NCBI RefSeq assembly: GCF_023055435.1 | Contig: NW_025964383.1 | Span: 6,634,001-6,698,000 of the forward strand | Source: Haliotis rufescens | Taxonomy: Eukaryota | DNA length: 64,000 bases | Reading direction: 5' to 3' | Shown: one piece after another, positions 49,501 through 61,870 of the stretch | How the letters are laid out: every line of letters begins with the position of its first letter | Numbering within the stretch: the first letter of the stretch is position 1 | The notes under the pieces: model-generated | Databases searched by the model: none | What the model was told of the DNA's origin: nothing | The model's input: only the letters and a program-made list of their open reading frames with translations | Made by a program: the position numbers and the translations under genes

Positions 49501-52500
49501 AAACCTGTCAGTGACATTCTCGATATTTCTACCTGTCACTTACATTCTCAGTATTTAATCCTGCCAGTGACCTTCTCGGTATTTCTACCTGTCACTGACA
49601 TTCTCGGTATTTCTACATGTGACTGACATTCTCGGTATTTCTACCTGTCACTGACATTCTCGGTATTTCTACCTGTCACTTACATTCTCGGTATTTCTAC
49701 CTGTCACTTACATTCTCGGTATTTCTACCTGTCACTGACATTCTCGGTATTTCTACCTGTCACTGACATTCTCGGTATTTCTACCTGTCAATTACATTCT
49801 CGGTATTTCTACCCGTCGCTTACATTCTCGGTATTTCTACCTGTCACTTACATTCTCGATATTTCTATCTGTCAGTCACATTCTCGGTATTTCTACCTGT
49901 CACCAACCTTCTCAGTATTTCTCCCTGTCACTTACATTCTCGGTATTTCTACCTGTCACTTACATTCTCGGTATTTCTACCTGTCACTGACATTCTCGGT
50001 ATTTCTACCTGTCACTGACATTCTCGGTATTTCTACCTGTCACTTACATTCTCAGGATTTCAACCTGTCAGCGACATTCTCGGTATTTCTACCTGTCACT
50101 GACATTCTCGGGTATTTCTACCTCTCACTGACATTCTCGGGTATTTCTACCTATTACCAACCTTCTCAGTATTTCTACCTGTCCCCAACCTTCTCAGTAT
50201 TTCTACCTGTCACCAACCTTCTCAGTATTTCTACCTGTCACTGACCTTCTCGGTATTTCTACCTGTCACCAACCTTCTCAGTATTTCTACCTGTCACTGA
50301 CTTTCTCGGTATTTCTACATGTCACTGACATTCTCGGTATTTCTACCTGTCACTGACATTGGTATTTCCACCTGCAATTGATCTTCGCAGTATTTCCACT
50401 GAACCTCACTTATCTAACCATCACCCTTCTCAGTATTTCTACCTGTCACTTACCTTGTCAGATCCAGTAGTCTCATAGAAGAAACTCTTGTAGTCATCCA
50501 TCCACACCTCGGCTACGCGAGCAGCGTTCCTCCTTACACTGCCGGGGGTGGGCCAGTGGATGGGGTTGTTGTGGTGGAAGATGTGACCGACATGTGAGCA
50601 GGGCAGCAGCTCCACGCTACCGTTACACATCCACACCTGCACCACAGACAGAGAGCAAGAACATACATGACGCAATGGATGCAGCCTCTGGCTAACTTGT
50701 TGAAACATTTATTGTATGTGACACAGCTCTACTACAGAGTTATTGCCATCTATGTGATCTTGTGAACTGTGATATTAAGGGTGATGTGAGCTCGTCTTTA
50801 CAGTATGCATGCATACTATGGAGAATTTACCACGTTGGACTAAAGTGATTTGAAATCACACCTGCATGTATTTAGGTCAACATTTCTTTTAACCGTTACC
50901 CATAACTGATGGGTACTCCTTCAGCCAAACCTTGAAAGACAGTTCGATGTTCTCCCCTCCCCAATAGTCCAGCCCTGGGTCGTAGGCTCCCAGCAGAGTG
51001 AAATAGGCCCGGGATATCGCGAACAGCCCACCAGGCATTGTGGCGGATCTGAAAATACACACGGACACAAGTTTTGGTTGGAACCCTCTGAACATCCTGT
51101 AACAAAGACACATCGAACCATGTTAGTAATGACTGTAGCCATGTTGACCTACTTGATGGGTGCAGTTTGGGAACGGGCGGGTTTGGTGCGCAGTTCATGG
51201 ATGCCTATCCATCTGAAGATGAGATTTGCCCAGGAGAATGTTCCAACGCTGAGGGGAACATGGGGCTCGACAGACAACGTGTCCGGCTTGATAGACTCTA
51301 TTTTTGGATATGGGACGGCATGAGGGTTCTCAGCAATCCGGTCCAGCAGGGGTTCGAGCCAACCTTACAAGAGATACCAAACCATTCACGATTGTCATGT
51401 TATCTTGCATTATGGTATCTTTCCTTCATATGTAAATACAGAGACAGGTTACAACAACCACTATGATGATGCAACAATCCGAGCCTACCTGGGAAACACT
51501 CGATGTGTGAGTCGAGGAAGACGAGGACGGAGGCGGTCGCGTGTTTGTAGCCTAATAGCCTTGCTCTTGTCAGCCCCTCACGCTGACCTGTCCGCAGTAT
51601 CTTCACTATGCTCAGCCCAGACATGTACTTCTCCAGGGCTGCGCCAAGATGGTCTGGACAAATATGATACACGGTTAATGTAAATCTGCTTCAAGCTGCG
51701 TCAAGCTGCGCCAAGCTGTCTAGATCGTTAATTCTTTACACAAAGTGTGTTCGAATTACAGTGGTAGGCGAGGTTGCACGTACCTAGTTCTGAGTAGCAG
51801 TAGAAGACGAGGTTGCACATTCCAAGTTCTGACTGGCAGCGGTTGACAGTTTTGCACGTACCTTGGTGTGCGTGGCAGTGTTAATGGAAGTGCTAAACGC
51901 GGTAACACGTACCTAGGTCGGAGGCGTCGTCAACGAGGATGATCTCCTGGAGGAGGTGTGGTGGCGAGCGGTTGATGATACTGTGCACAGAGCGCAGTAG
52001 GGTAGACCATGCCTCGTTGTGGAAACACATGATGACACTCGCCCTATGCCTGCTCTGATGACTCAATGACCGACATCTGCAACAGAGTATAAGCTATGGG
52101 CTGATTCACAGTGGAGGTCCTGTTTCAATATATTCCCCACTGCTCGTGAAACCGTGGCACACTTCTTGGTTTCCTGGGTTCCTGGAAACACAACCTGCAA
52201 CACTTACTGTGGTGGACCTGGATCCGGAAGTCGGCGGGTCACGGAAACGATGTCACCAACAAACTGGTTGAAGTTGTTTTTCTTGAGGCCTTCATCAAAC
52301 GACTGGTTTGTTTTAGCTGAAAGGTGGTTTGGGAAGACGGTCACTGGGAGCCCATACTCACCTAGTAAAGACAGATTACAATGAGTCAGTGCAAACGCCC
52401 GCGAGTATAGACAGCGAGTACAAAAGGTTCGTTTTCATAGTTACTAGTATACATGATATACATGTGATATATATCTGAATATCGTCAGTGATAAAAGTGA

Positions 52501-52989
52501 AAAGGTTCGTTAGCGCATTTTTCTAATTAATCCTTCACCAAACATGACATGCATGATGAACTGGAAGTCTTGTAAACGTTTGTCATTAAAGAAATCTAGA
52601 TGTGTGTTTTTTCGTAAAATAAAAGAACAGCTTCTGTCTAAGATGTCAACGGTCTATTAAAACATACCTCTTCCATGAGGGGGACTTTCAGCAACAAATT
52701 GAGGATACATGACGTCATCTGGATCATTAGACCAGTTTCCAATGTTCTTCAAGGGTTGATGCAGACCGCCCATGTGTTGGTCAAACACGTCTTTGGTTGA
52801 CGGCCTCACATTCTCCCCCACCCTCGCCGTCAGGCCGGGCCCCTGAGTTGGAGTGTGGGGCCATGGCACTTGGGACGCCGTCAAGTAGATGACCCCGACA
52901 CACAGACCACACACGAACATCATCGGTCTCACCAGCCGACGTGGTCGAAGGAACCGCAGCAGCACCATGTCAAACTTGTGTATCTTCAT
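46546..52989 (-). CDS. GALNT: Polypeptide N-acetylgalactosaminyltransferase, paralogue B, 11 exons, 596 aa
   Basis: Exons 52989-52668, 52361-52208, 52076-51913, 51653-51489, 51363-51153, 51048-50931, 50636-50454, 48379-48251, 47942-47847, 46965-46852, 46680-46546 (1791 nt, open). Internal exon sizes are identical to paralogue A. Confidence 0.95.
48600..50451. repeat. 28-bp minisatellite in GALNT-B intron 7
   Basis: Dominant unit cact(g/t)acattctcggtatttctacctgt; the donor-proximal copy is the donor itself (AAG|GTAAGTGACAGGTAGAAATACTGAG). Confidence 0.96.
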
Positions 52990-54852
52990 CAGTTAACGGC
53001 CGAATCAGCAACCATACAAACTGGGAATGAAGACATATATGACCAATTATGCTTCAAAACACTAATTCAACCGTTACTCGGAACTATGAGTAAATTAACA
53101 ACATATCAATAAACGCAAGTCTGATGTATTCGTTTAAATATGATTCTTCACCGTTTTCTTCTATTGGTCCAAAAACTTCCCACAAAGTGGTTGACCATAT
53201 TTTACATTGTGTTTAACATATAAACTAAGGAAATCCGTTAAATAAACTCTATTAAACGTCAACACCAGAGAACAACCAGTCTCGATTAAACAGATTTCAT
53301 TGACATAAGAGGTAGAGTAGCGGTGATATTATTCTCCATTAAAGATAAAGGTAGTGCATTGCAGACATTCACAGCCAATATTTCCGAGGTGAAATACAGT
53401 TACCTACAACTTGGCCATTATATCCGTATCAAACATCTGTTTCTTCTCAAACTCCAGTATGCAATTACTGATGAGATCGAACTGGGAGTGTAAGTGAGCA
53501 CCTGGTTACCCGAGCAACCTATAGCAGTTAGTATCAAGAGTCGGCGACAAGTATAAACGCGCCAACTTTGGGGCTGTTCTATGTTCATACTTTGGTTTAC
53601 ATGACTGCTAACAAGCATTTCACCTACAAATAAATAATTCACATTTAAATACAATTGTTTCATACAAAGACTGTACTCTTTACACGCCCAATATTTGAAT
53701 GTTTCTTATTACCACTCTTGTACCCTACAAACTTCATTTTGATCACTGTTGAAAGCAGTGTGATATATCAGAATGAAGCTACATGGTCCAGATCTCTCAT
53801 CTAAGCCTTTCTTGCACACTTACTCACCGCCTGTTGACCACTGCAGCTCCCACCCGGAGTAGGCCGGAGTAATGTCCACTCACACAGTGGCGCCACTGAC
53901 CATAGCCACTACATAAAATCATACTAATTTGACTTAAATAGACGTTATGTCTGATAAGAATTCCTCACGCAGGTGTCTCTTCGTGTGGTGTTTGTTAATA
54001 ACAGTTTATGTTATTGCAGACGAACAGAACGTGTCGTAACTAACGCATGTATATACCTTTATATATACCTACCATATCTTTACTGTCGCCACAAATATTG
54101 AATATCTATTTCATATATCATTAAATGCTGATACAACAGTGAGACTATGGTTGCCATCAATCATGAGACATTGCCCACCCTGACTATGTGTGTGCTGTCT
54201 ACGTGTACAGTGTTCGGTACATCTCTACATTCAGCCTGAGAGTGTTATCCATCGATCAGATTACAATGAGTTGTGTCCAAGGCCATGTTCCTCTAAGCGA
54301 TCTTAGTGCTACGTTGATCGTAGGCCTATGATGAAGTATGGGAGTTACGACCAACTTAGCACTAAGATCGCTTTGTGGAACAGGTTCCTGGTCGCTATTC
54401 GTCAAGTGTTGCTTGCATTTTAGCTGTAAAACTACAAACTGTGCAACCAGTTCAAAAGTGGGAAACATCACCTGTACCAGCATGTGTGTGAGAGTACTAG
54501 CTCACCTGGATGAGGAGAATCAGACATGAGAGTGATATAGATCAATGAGATTTCAGAGTTGTGGCCTGGTTTCGGGTATTAGTACAAGGCGTTACATCCA
54601 TTCCTCACTTTATAGGTAAAACAACAAATCGTGGAACAAGTCTAGTTTCGACTCAATTGATGTGTGACAGTTTCATTAAGGCTGATAGCTGGCTACATAG
54701 AAAGGCCACGGAGGAACATTGTCAGGAACCCATCTGTATAGAAGCATCTGACTGCAACACACTATGGACTCTCCACTACCTTGACATGCACTAAAATAAT
54801 GTTCCACAAACAGGACGTTCAAGCATCTGATGTGATAGATATGACAGTACAG

Positions 54853-56016
54853 TTATCGGCCTTGGTCATTCAGCCGTCTTTGAATCTCATCCCACAGGTG
54901 CTCAATGGGATTTAAATCGGGACTGAGGGCAGGCAGCTGCATGGTTCTGATGCCATTATGTTGAAGGAAATCTATTGTTGCTCTCGCAGTGAGGACACGG
55001 GCGATATCAAGCTGAAACTCGTGGTTGCGGCGACGCGCCAAATGAGGTATGCCGTGTGGTCCCAAGACTTGATCAATGTACCGAGCTGCTGTGACACCAT
55101 TGCCTCTCCCTAGACCAATGTTCTGGAACACCACAGGGCCGACCCTCTGTGCAAGACCAATTCCGACCCACACCACGATGCTCGGACCACCCCACGAGTC
55201 TCTCTCAAAAACACAAGCATCCGAATAACGTTCCCCATGGCGTCGCCAGACTCTCCCACTGCCATCTGCTGTTGAGATACAGTAACGGCTCTCGTCTAAG
55301 AAGAGTACTCTTCTCCACTGCTGGTGGCACCAATGCTGGTGCTGTGTTGCCCACTGAAGGTGTTCCGGCGATGACGTGGTGTCAGAATGGGTCCTCGGTG
55401 TGGCCTGTGACAGTGGAGGTGTCTCATCGTCCATCGTTGACGCACGGTGTTCGCACTAATGTGTCGCTGGTGTGTCCCCATGGTCTGTCGAGCAGATTCC
55501 GCAGCAGTTACAAAGCGATCTTAAAGATGCTGTCGCACAATCTGACGATCCTGTGGTCTTCCACTATATGGTCGGTCATCTGTAGTGTTGGTGGTCTGGT
55601 ACCGTTGCTGGAGCCTGTATATGGTCCTCACATGGACTTGAAATGCATTGGCTACTCTTGCCGGGCGGTTTGACCAGCTTGCAATCGTCCAAGGGCTTGG
55701 TGTCGCTGATTTCTTGTCAATCTTGGCACGTGGTAGCAATTCTATAACGAATGAATGTTATCCGATCTGGGTGCATTTGTATAGGGCAAGAAATGGGGGA
55801 ACGCATCTGCATTTCAATTTGCACGGAACTCACGTGCATCGGGTTACCATGGCTGTATTTTCTTGTCATCTGCTTTGTTCTTTTCATCATCAAATTTCAT
55901 TTTTCCGGACAAGGTAATGTTAAATTTTAGAAACTTTGACAAAAATTACCGAGATATTTAAATGACATCTTTTCATGCAATTATACTTGGGATGACGTTT
56001 CTTTTGCGGTTCAGTA
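54853..56016 (-). mobile_element. Decayed Tc1 element, frameshifted and 3'-truncated
   Basis: VLFLDESRY, WGGPSIVVW, LPALSPDLNPIEHLWD; HTH and SGRP in another frame (55521-55739). 5' terminus TACTGAACCGCAAAAGAAACG next to TA at 56017-18. Confidence 0.88.
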
Positions 56017-57403
56017 TATTAACAGAAATCCGATCAAATCACACATTACGTAAGCAGCCTCGGTGTGCACAGCTTGACAACCACTTAGGTCCTTGAACTT
56101 TTGTCAGGCACCGACGCTTCTATACAAACTAACGTTCGGGAATAGGTCTTAGAGGCTGCTACTGCTGTAGAGGCTGCTGCTGATGATGATGTCTTTGTAG
56201 CTTTAGGTTTATATACTTGAGGGGCGACAAGGCGCGGACGTCGGACTAGGAAATCCCTTGAGCTTTGTTACAAACTTTAGTCCAATACCACGTGGCAGCA
56301 TTTTAACTAACATCAATAATAAGACCATCATTATAAGGTGCAATGTTTGCACTTTAAGAAGATGTTTTATATATGTAACCAGCTTCTGTATACAGTAAAG
56401 GCCCAAGTAGTGTAAGAGTTACCACCAACAAGGGAAGTAAAACCCGGTTATGCCTAGGCTGCAGTATACTCCCTTTGGTTGTGGAAACGTATGTTTAAAC
56501 TTTGCTTCTGAAATCACCTCAACTCGAAATCAGTTGCGGCACACTTCGGCTGTGTTTCTACATGTTAGCTATGCCCTACAATGTACTTATGGAATGTTTA
56601 GAGCCAGAGGTTATACTGTAACAACTTTCTATGGAGACACGCATTTCCATCATGTTTCTTGCGGCATGCGATTTGAGATAACCATACCATGTACGGATAA
56701 TCAAATGTGACTTATTTAACCCACTACTATCCACGTTGTGTTGTTTTTTTATGTTTTAAACAAAGAGTGTCTCTTAATGGAGCAGGCAAATTATCATGCA
56801 GCAAATCATGCTTTGTTCATCTAAAATATCTGCTCAAAATGTGTTATGATTTATGATAAATCCTTGTGTTGACTTGATTAAACATAAAACAAGAAGAAAG
56901 AACAAACAATTTAATAGGAATCTTTCATGCAGCAGATCATGCTTCGTTCTACAAAAAAAACTGCTTCAAATTTAATATGATTTTTGAGGAATCCTTGTGT
57001 TGACCTCAAATACTACCAGTATATATTGTATGTCAGATGTGGGCAGGTACACATTCCACACATAGTGTAATGTAGCCACAACAGCCACCACTCACCTGTA
57101 CACCTGTAGAGGTAATGGATGATGCATGGTAGGTGGAAGTATTGGGTAATCACCGTATGTGATGGCAAGAGATAAAAGGGTAAACTACTTCATGTCATGT
57201 TAACCATGGATTTAGCTGATTAATGTTTGTCTTGTTCATTTTTTTGCTTTCAAAATGTCACCAAGCGACACTTGCCAGTGTGTGTAAGATTGTAGTCAGT
57301 TGCAGGCGTTGTGTAGTGAGTCAGTATGGTTTTACGCCGCTTTAAGTGGGGGACACCAGAAATGGGCTTCACACATTGTGCCCATGTCGGGAATCGAACC
57401 CGG

Positions 57404-60273
57404 TGTTAAGTCTGAAAGTATACCCCCCCTTCAAAGTATACCCGGGTAGATTCTGGGGCCTTCCAGAATCTACCCCGGGGTTTGATTTTGGGAGCTCCCA
57501 GAATCTACCCCCCTTTCCCAGAATCAACCCCCGGGGGTATACTCTGGGAGTTCTTTTGGGGGATGCATCTAACTCAGTCTTGATCTCTCCTGGTCAATTG
57601 CTGTAAAAACATTGTCATCTGATTAAGTTTACATAAATGCCCATTCAATACACATCTAATTAGTTTTAAAACATGCATTTCCTGTTATTTATATTAAGAA
57701 CACAAAGGTGGGAGCACCAGTTTTTCCAAACAGTATACATTATAATTAAAGAAATATCACGTGTTAGATGATAAATGTACATGATTGTACAGATGCGTAT
57801 CCTGATAAGTCTGCAGATTCTGTGGCTGAACTCCTGTACAAGACCGTGTGCAGACTTCATCAACACTATAATTGACAATCTTATGACCAAGCTGGGAACT
57901 GAGCACAGAGTCAGTTCACCATACCATCCTCAGACCAATGGACAACGAGAGCGAGACAACAGGACCCTTAAGAATGCCCTCTCAAAGCTTGTCAACGACC
58001 GTGGAGACAACTGGGATGTTTTTATACCTGGAGATCTGTTTGCCCACCATACATCTGTACATGCATCAACCAAGATGACACCATTTGAATGCATGTACAT
58101 CAGAAAGGCAAAACTACAGATGGACATTAAGGACTCTCCAAAGCCAAAAGAAGATGTGATCAGGCAGAACCTGCGACAAAACATCACATCAAAAGTCAGC
58201 AACAATATTACAAAGGCCAAGAAGATTCAGAAGGAACAACATGACAAGCTCACCAACAGTCATCATGAGTTGGAGCTAGGGACAAGCGTCTACCTGAAGA
58301 ATTCACGTCGAATCAACAGAATTGGAGCTAAGCTTGAGCCAAGGTTCCTTGGACCATATTAAGTTCATCAAGTGCTTGGCAAGGGACGTGTTAAGTTGAA
58401 GAGTTTGAAGAGTGGCCAAGTGCTTCACAACGCATACCATGGATCAAATTTGAAAAGACACATGACGTCTTCCCCACCAACCATACCAGTCCTGCTAGTC
58501 GCTCCAGCTACACCAGGCCTACCACCAGATCTACCAAGACTACCAGTTCAACCAGTCCTAGCTGTCGCACCAGCCACACCAGTTCAAAACGCTCTGTCAG
58601 CCCTACTGTACAACACCACACCAGGTTTATGAGTTCTACCAGCTGTACCAGTCCAATCAAGTCCAAGAACCCTAGCACCACAACCAGCAACACCCCCGAG
58701 AGGCCACATTACAGCTTCTAGCCAATGACCATTCAAAGAAGAAGAGAACTTTCTAAACAGTTACATTTACCTTCATTTAAGTCTGTTTATTTTGGAAGAG
58801 AGAAAGAATTTGAGGCACCAAAAAGACAACACAAGACCAAGGGTGATGGCAACTGCTTCTTCCGTGCTATTAGTTATTTTCTAAGTGGTCAGGAGACGTC
58901 CCACTTACGCCTGAGAGATGCTGTTGTACAACACATGAGTGAGAAAGGGGAAAAGCTGGAAAACTACCTTCAGCAGAATGTGACGAAATACTTAAATTCG
59001 TCAAGAATGGCTGAAAATGGTGTCTGGGCAACGGATGCAGAGATTATGGCCACTGCTTCTCTTCTGCAAACTGACATTGTTGTCTATACCCATTATGGAA
59101 AGGAGCTGAAATGACTATGCTACCCAGCATCATTCACGCTTGAGAAACTGTCCATTGGTGCAGTGTATCTGACCAACCTCCATGAACACTTTGACGTTGT
59201 AATAAATGTCCAGTGACATTGAAATAATTCAAGGAATCAATGGATATTGGTTTTCAGAATAAATTGCTCTCATATTTTATGTTAGTTTTCTCTATTTGTT
59301 ATTGATAATAATATGAAACTCTGACTAAGACAATGACAATTGCTTCGTGAAATTTATTACACCCATCTGACTATATTTAGAAGAATTAGAATGTAAATGG
59401 ACAAATAATTAGATGGTTTTAATGATGTGATGTCTTCTATAGTCAGAATATATTCTTGATACTGTGATACATACCTCCCCAAATAAAGGTACTTACAGAC
59501 ACAAGTGCATACTTATAATTGGTTTCAAAATGATTTTATATGCAATCAAAAGTAGGTAGGTCTATTCACAAAGCATATTAAAGCTTATTCAATAACATAA
59601 GTGTAAGACATTTCCTCACACAATTCTCAACACCAACTTTCGAACTTACAAATTGATGATGACTACAATGAGTTAAAGTCAATGTGATTTGTAAGATATT
59701 TTTTATTAGTTTAAACTATATTTATTTCTTCTTTGCATGTATAAAACAACATTTTGAATTTTTGGATTTGACAACAATTTATTACCGGTATTATCTACAC
59801 CAGGATAGATTTTGGGAACTCCCAGATTGTACTCCCTGGGGGTAGATTCTGGGATATGAATGTTTTAAAACTAATTAGATGTGTACTGAATAGGCATTTA
59901 TGTAAACTTAATCAGATGACAATGTTTTTACAGCAATTGACAAGGAGAGATCAAGACTGAGTTAGATGCATCCCCCAAAAGAAAACTTCAAGTACATTCA
60001 TGAAATAAAAATGCTTAAATCAAACAGGGCTGCAGTAGATTCTTGGAGATCCTAGATTATAGCTATAACCCGGGGTAGATTCTGGGAGGAGCTCCCAGAT
60101 TATACCCCGGGGTAGATTCTGGGAGCTCCCAGATTATACCCCCCTGGGGGTAGATTCTGAAAAAGGGGGGTAGATTCTGGGAAGTCTCCAAAATCTACCC
60201 CGGGGTAGATTCTGGGAGCTCCAAGAATCTACCCGGGTATACTCTGAAGGGGGGTTGATTTTGGCACCTTACA
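57404..60273 (+). mobile_element. Ginger1-type DNA transposon (Gypsy-like integrase plus OTU domain), defective
   Basis: TGT...ACA ends and 4-bp TSD CCGG (57400-57403, 60274-60277). Long imperfect TIRs built from agaatctacccc palindromic units, plus an inner ~120-bp inverted repeat (57553-57673 vs 59860-59981). Confidence 0.92.
57775..59216 (+). pseudogene. Ginger transposase remnant: integrase core C-half, GPY motif, Pro-rich linker, OTU cysteine-protease domain
   Basis: SSPYHPQTNGQRERDNRTLK, HASTKMTPF, KLEPRFLGPY then stop 58360-62. After a frameshift: GDGNCFFRAIS...WATDAEI...K*LCYP...YLTNLHEHFDVV, ending 59216. Confidence 0.88.
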
Positions 60274-61496
60274 CCGGGTCTTCGGCGTGACGAGCGACCG
60301 CTTTAACCACTAGGCTACCCGACCGCCCAGGCGTTGTGTAAGCGGAGACATGAGAGATCTGTTTCGTAAACTCATTGTGGGGTTTGGATCTCTTGGGTCT
60401 GTTCCCCAAAGGGACCATATTGGATCTTATCTTAACTTCTAACATAGACCCACACCTGTAGTAGTGCTACGGTGGCTTATTGGACAGAACCCAGGTCATC
60501 TGGCAGCAGTTGGCCACACTGTTGATCTGCATACACATCCGTGACACACTTGCTGCATTCCCTCTGTTGATGTTCTGGGATTGAACCTACTATTTATAGT
60601 TGTATATATTTGAAAAGTAATAAATGCAATAGTCGGATAGAGGGTGTTAAGTGTTCTGTAACTTCGTTTGTTATTTCAGCCTAACATCAATTGCTGGTAT
60701 AAAATGAGACGTCACATAATTCTTGATTCTGGTTCCAAAAAAATAACTGGAAGTTGGTAAATATTCCTTATCCCTCAATCCATCAATCATATAGCGTTAC
60801 GCATGTCTGGCATCAACTTGCTTACGTTCGAAAACTTGACTGGCTCACTGAGCCGCTGCACCGTTACGTTCTCACGACGTGTGACCCACTTGTAGTGACA
60901 GTCTCGTTCTCGACTCATGAAATTGCATTTGTTAACGTCCATGAATAAATGTAACATCACGTTTCTTTCATTTTGCATGTTGTTTTTGTATACGTGTAAG
61001 TGATATACATACACCACATTTGAACGGTAATAGCAAGCTGTTTTATACAATCCGATGTGACATGAAATGTTCACTTGGTAACAGTTACGTTGGTTTATCT
61101 TTCACTCGGCATCTATGACATTAATTCCTGAGTGAAGATAGATTGTAATTTCGAGTTTCAAGTTGGTTATTGTCATAGCATTTCGGTTTCTTATGGGTAG
61201 AGTCATATTTTGTTATTCATTTTAGAGGCTGAGATTTTCTTTGTCTTCATAAAACAGAGCTGAGATGAATATTTACCAATGAACAGAATCTTAAAAAAAT
61301 CTTACTGTTTGCTGTTTACTGAGACTTTTTCCTAATAAAAGAAAGATGATATTTCTATTTACGTGTCATTTGAAATTCAACCTATGGAAAGAAGGTTATA
61401 ATTTTCTGACTGTTCATTAAAAACATGACAACTGTGCAGATGTAGGTGATTTTAAAAGAGAACAATGAAAAGAACCATTATAATAAAGCATTTTAT

Positions 61497-61870
61497 ACGG
61501 TAAAATACCAATGTTTACAACACCAACTCAAGGCGCATTTGTAGCCAAGCGAAGACAGATCTGGCGAGTTTGGAAGGACACAACATTGAACAGTGTTACA
61601 CTGATCATTCCTCAACTCCACCGTACTTGCAACAGAATCCCCTGAACTTGTTTCAGCAAGAAAACACAAAAGCCCATAAATGTCTTGGCCAACAAATTCA
61701 CCCGACTCATCACCGATACAACACATATGGGATCCTCTTGACTGTAGAATTAGAGCACAACCAGGTCGCCCTATGACAGAGATCAGGAGTCGAATCTCAT
61801 TTCTTGTCACGAGACTTCTCACATCTTCTGCCTGTCGTCGAGTTGAGGCGAGCACTGATAATACATAATA
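61497..61870 (+). mobile_element. Highly decayed Tc1 transposase fragment
   Basis: FQQENTKAH and WPTNSPDSSPIQHIWDPL correspond to the FQQDNA.H and WP..SPDL.PIEH.WD motifs. Confidence 0.65.

Larger units (their letters stand above)
57316..60328 (-). mobile_element. tRNA-derived SINE (same family as 664-823) split by the Ginger insertion
   Basis: Halves at 57316-57403 and 60274-60328. TSD aggcgttgtgta at 57304-57315 and 60329-60340; empty site at 25563-25574. Confidence 0.93.
56875..61495 (+). repeat. Third copy of the gene-2 3'UTR and downstream region (segmental duplication unit 3)
   Basis: 56875-57315 plus 60341-60630 match 25126-25870 and 43045-43630; 60700-61495 matches 43725-44535. Confidence 0.88.

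Noticed and set aside
57775-58362. LTR-retrotransposon (Gypsy) integrase
   Set aside because: It is bounded by inverted rather than direct repeats with a CCGG TSD, and there is no RT or RNase H, which fits Ginger1.
58725-59216. Host OTU deubiquitinase gene
   Set aside because: It lies within the transposon TIRs downstream of the integrase and has an in-frame stop.
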